Origin: Bugula neritina
Taxonomy: Eukaryota > Animalia > Bryozoa
DNA: 64,000 bases
Assembly: GCA_964035545.1 (NCBI GenBank)
Contig: OZ037765.1
Coordinates: 35,302,080 to 35,366,079, forward strand
Reading direction: 5' to 3'
Both the position numbers and the translations under genes were made by a program. Positions 15,171 to 25,900 of this stretch are shown one piece after another. The notes beneath the pieces are model-generated. The model was not told where the DNA came from. It did no database searches and worked only from the letters and a program-made list of their open reading frames with translations. Every line of letters starts with the position of its first letter. Position 1 is the stretch's first letter.

Positions 15171-18100
15171 AGTTTGCATGGCTTTACCCAATTTTGGTTT
15201 ATTTTTTTATTTTGTTTCAGAGTATCCAAAAGGAAAGCTAAAATTTATTTAATATATATTATACCAACTTGAGCTTTACATATAATATCAAATAAATGCT
15301 GTGTTTTGTTAAAACAATGTTTGCAACTTTGTAGTATATTCAAATTCATAATTTATTTGTAGAGTCACACAACAAGACACTACTCTGACACACTCACAAG
15401 TTGCCACTGATCCAGCAGTATAGATGATTGTTTTCTCCACTGGCTATGCTGTCAAGCTTTACTGTTGTGGTGTTTGAAACAAACCAATTGTTTGCCTACG
15501 CAGATTAGGGTGAGAAATGAAGGCTGTTTTTAATACCAACTACACTTAGTTTTTATTGAATGAAAAACAAAGTGAAATCATTAGTTATCCGTTAAATGAC
15601 TAAATCATTGTTTATAAAGATGAAACACAAATAATCTTATAATATGCTAATGAAATTTGGCTTTCAAATAGCTTTTTTCTGTATATTTGTTGAGGAAGTT
15701 TATCTTCAACAAAACTTCATAGCTGTTGAATATGTGGAGAGTATTTTATATTGCATAAATTTATAGAGTAAAAGGTTCTCATCAAACTTTTACAACTTAG
15801 CTCATCGACGGTTTAAAAGTGTGAGTCACCCTTCACACTAGAGTTTTATAAAGTTTTAATGAATGTGCAGTATTTTATAAAATATTGTGTGTCTCGTAAA
15901 TTTAGCTATTTCTACCTTTTCAGTGAGATTGGAGTAAACACACCTCAAAATTCACATCTGGTATCACATTGATTTATCGCAAGTCAAAGTACACCTACTA
16001 ACTCTTCCTTCCTTAATACCTGCTTGCTTTTGCACTTCTACTCATTTCATATACCTAACATTTCTCTTGCAGATGAATTACATCTTTTAAGTTGTAAAAG
16101 CCTTAAATAGCATGAAATTAATGAGGTTTAAACCGTGGCCACACTAACTATTGATGCGTTTATTGATGGGTTAAATTACACGAAAATATTGTCTCTTTCT
16201 TTTTAGTTTCAACTAAAGTATTACATACTATTGATGGAGGCTTTGCTGAAGTTTTTGGGTGATGATTTGTCAATAATTTTCCAGAGAAGATGATGCCACG
16301 GTGGCTGGCATCATTATGCAGTTTCCAAGTTTCTTTCGGCTTTGCTCTAGTGAAAATGTTGGAAAACAATCAACAAAAAGGTTTGTACCATAAACAAAGT
16401 TATTGTGTGCGTGTTGTCAAAGCATAAAGTGTGCTGGAAAATTTTAGGTTTCTGTTGAGATGCGTTTTTGCTTTTCCTGCATGAAAAAAGTTCCAGTTTC
16501 AGTTAATATTACTAGCGGAGTGCCCACCTATATTTTAAATCATATTGATGCATAAGTTCTTTTTGTAATATTAAAAGTATAACTTGCTTAATTGCTATTC
16601 AATGCCCTTTGAAGTTTCCAACTGTAATTAATTAGTTGATTTGGCAGCATAGTATCGATGATTGATGAAGGCAGCCGATATAATTATAAGCATAAATATC
16701 TATATCTACATGAAGATGTCATTCCCAATGATTGTTATTCTGAAATCAGCTGATTAAGTTATCACAAACTAAACATTTTGACCAGAGGCTTGCAATGCAA
16801 CTCGGTGAAATTTCAGACCTAGATAAATTGAATTTCTTACTGAAAATCGTGAAGGTATTAAAGTTTAAAGTGAAAGTTTAAAGGGTCATCTCTCTGCGAA
16901 TTCTAATAGCATGGTGCCAATTAGACTTGAAAAAATTTCAAGGCACTACAAAGCACTAAGCCCATTCTTACAAGTAGTTTCAAAGTGCACTGGAATTTCA
17001 GTTTACTTGTCATTGTATAGAATCCTGATCTACACTATATAGCATTCACTATTGCCTGCTTCTTCTAAGCATCTATAATGTATTAACTACAGTTTGCTTT
17101 GAGAAGTGAATTTCTACTTGGTATTTTTTCCTTATCGTTCCATTGTTTGCCAGTAGTCTTAATTTAATGGATTTTCCCTTTTCAAAAGTGGTTGTGACAA
17201 TCAAAACACATCATGCAGCCTGCAACTACACAATCAGTCAGTGATTTCTTCCATTAAAGTAGCTCTTCTGGTTACTCTTGCTCACCTAAAAGCCTGAGCC
17301 TCATTCAAATTGCAATTTTTTAAAGTTGTTAGTTTTTCATGCAGTCTTTCATTTTTTTTGTTAGGCACAAAATTAGTATTCACTAGACCTAATCTTTCAT
17401 CTGCATGTATGCCTATTGTTTGTTCATTAAAGAAAAACCTCTGCTGAATATTGAACTAATAATGAAAATAAATTCCCTAAACTAAAAGTAGCAGTGTGAT
17501 TTTGGTATTACAATTAGTTGTTAGCATAGAGTCAAGTTATTGACAGGAATTTTCAAATTGAAATGAATGAATTTCATTGTAAGTCAGCAAGATTTAGTCT
17601 AAGTAAACATAGCATTACATCTTGTTTTATTTAGCATTTGCAGAAGGCAACATATATTTTAAGGATTATTGTAAACTTAAATGTAATTTTAAGTACTTTC
17701 CATGTTTGTTATTGTAGATGGTCTTGTTCTTTAGGATGGATGTGACAACTCCTTGTGTCAAGCTTAACTGATTGACTACTGAATCCCAATCATATGTTTT
17801 GCCAAAAAATGTGAAAATGGAGTGCATGTCTACTTTATTTGAGAAAATATTAAAAATACTTTTGAAACTTCATCTAGCCAAACAATACAACAGTTTCATT
17901 TTATTAAAAAATATCATTTGCACAAAAATGTATTATGTAATCGAACAATTTCTAGAAAAAAAGTGCTTTCCTCCAGTTTTGCTAATGAACTACATTTTTC
18001 ATTATATGCTTGTCTTTATAATTTTATTAATTGTGTTTTCTGGTGAGTCAATTAAAGTCAATTCAACCTAGAAAAGTCTGAATTTCAGACTTAATTTCAA

Positions 18101-19104
18101 GCTAGAATATTCACATTTTTAGGTCTGCGTTTGCAAACATTGTTGTGTTACTTTACTTTTTATATTTTTTGAAATAAATATCTTTTTAGCTTGTGCCTAT
18201 TCATGATTAGAATAGTATAATAATATTTAACTTTTCTTCAATTTCAATAGATGAAAATGTTGATCAGTTGGAGTATTCAGTTTAGCTGAATTTTACTTGC
18301 TTCTGCGAAAAACAATCTTTTGGAGTTGTCTGCCCTCTCTTTAGGTAATTTTTTGACCTATGGTCAACGCAATAATTATAACTTTTTAAAGATGCTTGTG
18401 AACCTAACAATATAGCATAACTATCAAACCACATTATTCAATATCTGCATAAAATTTTGCCGATAATCTGCCACCCAATGAGCTTGAAAAGATATTAGAA
18501 TTCTAGCTCAGTGCTGCCATCAATGTAGATATTTATAATGATATAAAGCCAAAACTCATTATTTATAATGATATAAAGCCAAAACTCATTATTGCATGAA
18601 ATTATCTAACCATTCCTGACAAAGAATCGAGATAATAACTCCAAAGTTGGTCAGTTGAAACCACAGCAATAATATTTTAATCGTTATAATTGTCAGGTTT
18701 AATTTTATACCAAGCCCCAATAAGTACATATCACTATGACAACACAGCCTAAGCACCTCCAATGCAAGAAATTTAGTATTGTGGTGCTGCAAATCCTCCA
18801 GTTACAAATGAGTAGAGCTTTCATGATTATTGGTCTACCATAATGTTTATTTAGTTTTAAGGACTAGCATACATGCTATTATATGTGGGAGGTATTTGAA
18901 AAGCTTCCAACTCCATCTTCAACTACGGGCTATTATAATTATGCCGATAAACGAGATACTACACTCAGACTGCCCTGTTATAGTACTATGATTGGCTACT
19001 GCAAAATTTTTGCCGATAGACAACATTTAATTATGATGTAATGTATCTCGTATTGGTACATAAGTGTTATGTCTGAGGACGAGATACTGTGAAATTATGC
19101 CCTG

Positions 19105-19138
19105 ATTTTTTCATGCATGAGCTCATGCATGAAAAAAT
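19105..19138. repeat. Perfect 34-bp palindrome
   Basis: ATTTTTTCATGCATGAG|CTCATGCATGAAAAAAT. Confidence 0.9.
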
Positions 19139-19479
19139 GCATAATTTACTAGGAGAAAACTAAATGTGGGTATAAATGAACTTTTTTAAAAATGGTTTCA
19201 TTTCAGGTGATTGTGATGAATCTTATCCCAGTAAAAAGCTGAGACTTTTCTAATGTGATATATATATATAACAAAGTATGTAGGTGCTAAAAATATCAAG
19301 ATCATAGCTATTTGTAAAAGGTGAGTTTTAAGTGCCGGAGAATTGACGATTTTGAAAAATTACCAAATTTTTGGCCTAAAAACGCAATGCAACAGAATAT
19401 TTTTCTCAACACTTATGGCAGATTTTTTGCTTTTAGTTGAATAAAATCATGTAGAACTATCATCCATAAATGTATGAAA

Positions 19480-19709
19480 GGTTTGTATTGAATCGTCTCC
19501 GAGATATAAATCTATGAAGTTGACCTTCGGTACCGAAACCCATGAAAGAAGGACTGATTTTTTTACAAACCTTTGCTCACAAAAAGTGCCATAACTACAA
19601 AACTACCAGGAATTAAGAGCTAATATTTATTATTTTTTCATTTGACATGTTCTAGAATACTCTACTAAAATTTTGGTTTTGGCCTTGTTGAGTTGGCGTG
19701 GAATGACCC
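19480..19709. mobile_element. Probable single terminus of a GGG-ended DNA transposon
   Basis: Ends in ...GTTGGCGTGGAATGACCC (reverse complement GGGTCATTCCACGCCAAC, similar to the GGGTCA terminus at 7268). Homology with the paralogous LRR intron flanks starts immediately after 19709. No partner TIR found in the window. Confidence 0.45.
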
Positions 19710-19806
19710 ATACATCAATAAGAAACTTTATGCTAGAATTACATTTCCTTTTACTCTGATGGTTGTATTACTACATGATGTCTCAACTAGTATATGTTTA
19801 CTATAG

Positions 19807-19947
19807 CATGTCTAATCTGAAGAATCTGGATACTCTTTATATGTCAAAGAATAACTTCAGTGAAGGATTACCTGATGTATTCACATCAATGACATCTCTA
19901 AGAAAGTTGGATATTAGTCACTGTAACCTACCAACTCTACCTGAGAG
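19807..19947 (+). CDS. LRR cassette exon 1 (141 nt, phase 2-2, two LRRs)
   Basis: tatag|C ATG ... GAG AG|gttagt; MSNLKNLDTLYMSKNNFSEGLPDVFTSMTSLRKLDISHCNLPTLPE. Confidence 0.9.
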
Positions 19948-22900
19948 GTTAGTAAAAGCAAGCACCCTCCTAGTGTTTTGCCTCCATGTTTATAGACATG
20001 CATCTCCTGTTGCTATGTATTGTTAAAATTATTACAAATTTCTTATTTTGTATTTAAAGTTAACCAACAATCTAGAATTTACCTGTATGTTTTGAGACTT
20101 ACATTTTTTTTGCTATAAAAAATCTGTGAAAATTTCTCAAATCTGTTGAAAGTTTGCTTATCTGATGTATACAATATGCAAATAAATATAAGCTAATAAA
20201 GAGATGCTATGTAATATTATGACATGTGGTTATATGGAATATATAAGAAATGTTCCAATATTCTAATTTCCTATAATGCTTGAATTAAGTAGAAGCTATA
20301 GTAAGCTGAGTTTATTAGACTTTTCTTGTAAAATAAAAAGCTTGAGCTTTATTATGTAATATCCTGCAGACTAAAATCAGGTTCTGATCTAGCAATATAT
20401 AATGTATAGTTGGTATCTAAATAAGTTATATACAGTCGTTTGTTATACTATAAGCAGTAATAACCTTTAATTGAAATGTTATAAATAATAAATTTGTATT
20501 TTGAAGTATGAAACAAAATTGAAATATTTTAGCAAGTGTCTGTAACTATGACAAATATTATTATATATAAAAATATAAATGCATAAACTGTGAAGGGTAT
20601 ATACTTTGTATTCAGCTTGGTGTTGAAAAAAATAACTCATGGAGTACATTTCACATGTATATGTAATATTTATTTATATCTACTGCAGTAGATATAAATA
20701 AATATTACATATACATGTGAAATACACCTCATGAGTTCTTTTATTTTCAAAACCAAGCTGAATACAAACTCGATACACTTCACATGATGTCTTTTATTCC
20801 AACTTCATACTCCATTGAATGAATTTTATATATCAATAATAAACTTTATGCTAGAATTATATTTCCGTTTACTCTGATGGTTGTATTACTATACATGATG
20901 TCTCAACTAGTATATGTTTACTGTAGCATGTCTAACCTGGAGAATCTGGAGACTCTTGATATGTCATGGAATAACTTCAGTGAAGGATTACCTGATGTAG
21001 TCACATCAATGAAACCTCTAAGCTTGTTGCTTATGTCTCACTGTAACCTACTAACTCTACCTGAGAGGTTAGTAAATGCAAGCACCCTCCTAGTGTTTTG
21101 CCTCCATGTTTATAGACATGCATCTCCTGTTGCTATGTATTGTTAAAATTATTGCAAATTTGTTATTCTGTATTTAAGGTTGACCAACAATCTAGAATTT
21201 ACCTGTATGTCTTCAGACTTACATTTTCTTGTTGCTAACTAATCTGTGAAAATTTTTCAAATCTGTTGAAAGTTTGCTTATCTGATGTATACAATATGCA
21301 AATAAAGAGATGCTATGTAATGTTATGACATGTGGTTATGGAATATATTGTGGTGGTTCGTGGAACTACCAGCAGCACAACATGTAGGGTCGCGTAATTG
21401 ACCCGGAACAATGGATAGCCAATTAGCGTAGTTGATAGTTAGCAGCAATTATAGTTTCCCGCTGTTAAGTCAGTCGAAGCTAGAGTGTGAAATAGATTAG
21501 ATGTGTAACTTGTTTGAATATAATGTATTGTTTTTATAATGTATAATTGTGTGTAAAATATACTCGTTCACTCGACTTATCCTGGTGTAGTTCTATAGCA
21601 AATAAATAGACTCTCTAGATAGCACATCAACCCTAAATCTGAAAATCATAACAGTGGTGGCAGCGCTGGGATAGTGCATCCAAGATGGAGACTGAAAATG
21701 CTGGAACTCAACCACCGGCAATAGAAGGTGAGCGTAGAGACAATGCTGTAGAGACAATGCCTGTTAACCATGTAGTAGAAGAGCGAAGGGTTCCGCGAGA
21801 ACTAGCTGAGGACCGCTACAGGTTAAAGGCGCCCACCTTCACGGGTGAAGAGGAGGTGGAACAATTTATCCAAGAGTTTAGCGACGTAATGGACGTCGCC
21901 CAGTGGCCCCCTAGGGTGGCCTTGCTGAAGCTTAGAATGGCATTGATGGACAAAGCCAAGCCTTATGGGCTGGGCGTAGACATTGATAATATCTTTGCTT
22001 CTCTGCAGGCCCGCTTCGGCCTCTCTGCTACAGATGCCAGGGCCCGATTACAGAGGTTGCGGCGTGATCCCCGCACCCCGCTGCGAGAGCATGCCGCTGC
22101 GGTCATGAAGCTGGCACAGATCGCCTACAGCGACTTGCCCCCAGTCAACCGCGAGAGGTATACCCTCGTTGCTTTCATAGCATCTGTCGACGATCTGGGT
22201 CTCCACCATCAGTTTCTAGCTAGGGGAGTCACCACCGTTGAAGATGCTCTGACTGAGGGGGAAGCTTACCTCCTAGCTAATCAAATGCATAAAAGTCGCG
22301 GAAGCTCCCGTCAAGTGGAGATAGACCGCGCAGACACGGCCGCGGGACAAGGGGAGGAAACCCCCGCCGCGGCTGCCGTGTCCCAGTTGGCGATGGCATC
22401 CAAAGTCACTCAACTGACAGACATGCTAGCCAAGCTGATAGCAACACTGACACCAAAAAAAACCCAGTGAGTACCGCCCCTGAGCCCATGCGGCCATCGG
22501 CGCCGCCACAGGGAGAAACGGTCAGTTTTTGCTGGGAGTGCGGAAATCAAGGGCATTTCCGCCGATATTGTCCCTTCCTAAATCAGGGGTTAAACTACCG
22601 CAGCCCGCAGATGTTCCCACCTCCTGCGGGCCGATGATGAAACTCCCAGGGAAGAAGAAACGCAGGTCACCCAGACGGGTACCGCGTACTGGTAACCAAC
22701 AGTGGCAACAGCCACGACGGACCAGCAAGGGGCTTCGCCCCGCGGCTGCCTTTTCTATGCCCCTTCACAACAGATTCACAGGGCTACGAGTCCAAGAATC
22801 TGGATGGGAGCCCACGAAGGTAGCCGGGGATCTAACCTCGGCACCCCCGAGGCCTACCTACCACCGCCCCAAGAGACCTCCTTCGCGACCCAAAGCGAGG

Positions 22901-25900
22901 GAGGTACTCCCTGCGAGAGTAGGGCCTGAAGAGAGAGTTCAGGTGCAGCCCCATGGGAACAGCTATTTCTTGCCCGGTAAACTAGAAGGCAAAGCTGTTA
23001 CTTTCCTCATTGATTCGGGCTCTACCACAAACCTCTTAAGCCGCCAACTCTTCGACACCCTCAGTGCTAGGGTCAGGGGCGAGATGGAATCATACGAAGG
23101 GGAATACGGCACCCTAGCTGACGGGTCGTGCCATCCCTTCTATGGTATAATTGAGCTGACGGGACGAGTCCGTGATCAAACGATCCAAGAGACGTTCATC
23201 GTCAGTCAGCTCAAGGAGGACGCCATCCTCGGGATGCCAATCCTAAAACGGCACGGATGTCACATAGATTTTAACAAATCTGCAATGATGATGTTCGGGC
23301 GGGAACTCGCCTGCGTCGACAAGTTCGGCCGCCCTTTAGTGGGAGGTGTGCAAGTGGTACGCAACCGTATCATACCAGGCCGCTCCCGGGCTACCATTCA
23401 CTGCGGATCTCTGGACTCGGGGTAGTTGAAGGCGCGCACGAAAAGATCCAACTTGCCAGCAGTCTGAATCAGCTGACTGAGCAAGGGGAGATCTTAGTGC
23501 AATGCGTCAACCCCTTTGCCGAGCCTATCAAGCTCTAGGCTGGGTCGATGCTGGGCCGTTTTCACTTTGTTCAGGAGGAAGACGTAGGCCCGTCGCTGGG
23601 TGATGCGACAGAGGCACTCCCTCAGTGCCCTACTCAAGGGCGAGGGGCAGTCCCCGCACATCTCTGGGAGTTGTATGACACAGCCTGTAGCGGCTGCGCG
23701 AGTAACAGAGAACGCCGAGTTATGGCTAAGTTACTACGCGACTACGGTGATGTGTTCAGCAGCGGAGAGCATGACGTGGGACTGACTGGAATTGTCAGAC
23801 ACGAAATACCGCTGACTGCAGGGACAGTCCCTGTCCGGCAGCCCACACGCAGGCTGGGGCCGGAGAAAGAGAAGGAGGTTAGCCGACAAGTACGGGATCT
23901 TCTAGACCGGGGACTGATAGAGCCCGCCCATAGCGCGTGGAGCTCGCCAGTCGTACTGGTCCAAAAGAAAGAGGGCAGTTGGTGGTTCTGTGTGGATTAC
24001 CGCAAACTCAATAGCGTAACCATACAGGACGCCTACCCTCTACCTCGTATTGACGAGTCATTGGACGCCCTAGCCGGCAGCAAGTACTTCAGTACGTTAG
24101 ACTTGCTAAGCGGCTATTGGCAAGTTCCTCTGAGTCCCGACGCCCAAGAGAAAGCAGCGTTTATCACACGGGACGGTTTGTGGAAGTGGAAGGTGCTGCC
24201 TTTCGGGTTGACCTCCGCCCCAGCCACCTTCCAGAGGCTGATGGAGCAAGTCCTCAGCGGGCTCCATTGGAAGACACTGCTGATCTACCTCGATGATGTC
24301 ATCGTGATCTCCCCAGACTTCGAGAGACATGTCAGTCGTCTGCAGGAGGTCTTTGAGAGACTCCGAGGTGCCGGTCTTAAGCTCAAGCCTTCTAAGTGCG
24401 CTCTATTGCAGCCAGAGGTTAAGTACCTGGGGCACGTTGTCGGTCAAGATGGCGTGGCAACGGATCCCGAGAAGGTAGGGGCAGTAGAAGACTGGGTCAC
24501 CCCCCAAGACTTGACCGGACTCCGGGCTTTCTTGGGGCTGGTAGGGTATTACAGACAATACATACCAGACTTTGCGGGCATAGCACAGCCGTTAAACCGG
24601 CTCACCGCAAAGGGAGTAACGTGGCAGTGGACCCCAGTCGAACAAGAAGCGTTCGACCGCCTCAAGGGCTGCCTACTAACGGCGCCCATCTTTGCCTACC
24701 CAGACCCCACTCTGGAGTACATCCTCGACACGGACGCCAGTGACCAAAATATTGGCGCTGTGCTGTCACAAGTGCAGGAAGGCCGAGAAGTAGTAGTAGC
24801 CTACTACAGCAAGTCTCTCTCACCCATTGAACGAAATTACTGCACTACCCGCAAGGAGCTGCTGGCAGTAATAAAGTCAGTGAAGCACTTCAGACCATAC
24901 CTATATGGCAGGAATTTCCGGCTGCGTACGGATCATGCCTCGCTGATCTGGTTGTGCAAGAGAGCAGAGCCCTCTAGTCAGGTCGCCCGGTGGCTCGAAA
25001 TCCTAGCTGAATTCTCATACCGGATCGAACATCGACCGGGCAAGAGACACAGCAATGCGGATGGGTTGAGTCGCCGACCTGACGGAAGTTGCAAACAGTG
25101 TCTCAACATCGAGAGGAGGGATGGAGGTCCCCCGCGATGCGAGTTGGAGACGCTGGCTCATCACGGAGCACCGTTTGACTGGGACCAAGGTCAACTCAGG
25201 CCAAGAGTTGATGAGTCCCCGGAGGATGTACAAAACCTCCGCGCCAACCCTGTACTGGCCGGTAATGTTCGAGAGCTGAAGAAGCTCCAAGAAGAGCTGC
25301 CTGGAGTCGTGGCAGACATATACCGGGCCAAAAGGGAAGGGCGCAACCCAGCGAGGAACGCATACGACAGGGATGCGCCGAGTTCCGGCTATACTGTCAG
25401 CGTTGGGACTCGCTGCGGATCGGGCAGGATGGGTTACTAACCATCTCTCTAGCTGCCAGCGGCAGACACCCGGAAAGGAAGAGGGTAGTCTGCCCCACGG
25501 CCATCCGCCGTGAGTTGATTTGGGATACCCACAAACAGGCCCACGCAGGGGTCAAGAGAGTGATATCCAAATTATGACTCCGGTGGTATTGGCCACAAAT
25601 GGAGCGTGACGTCCGGCTCAGAGTCAAACAGTGTGAGATCTGCCAGGCCAGTAAGCATAGCCGCCCCCCTGGTGAAGCAGGACGGCGGAGGCTATATGCT
25701 GGTAGGCCCTGGCAAGTAGTCGCTGTAGACCTGGTCGGACCCATGCCCCTGACCCCCAGAGGCAATAATTGGATCCTAGTACTAACCGACCACTTTACTA
25801 GGTGGGCGGATGCTCTGGCTATCCCAGATGCATCAGCCCCAACAGTGGCCAGGGCACTAGACCAACATGTATTCTGTTATTTTGGGCTTCCCGAACAGAT

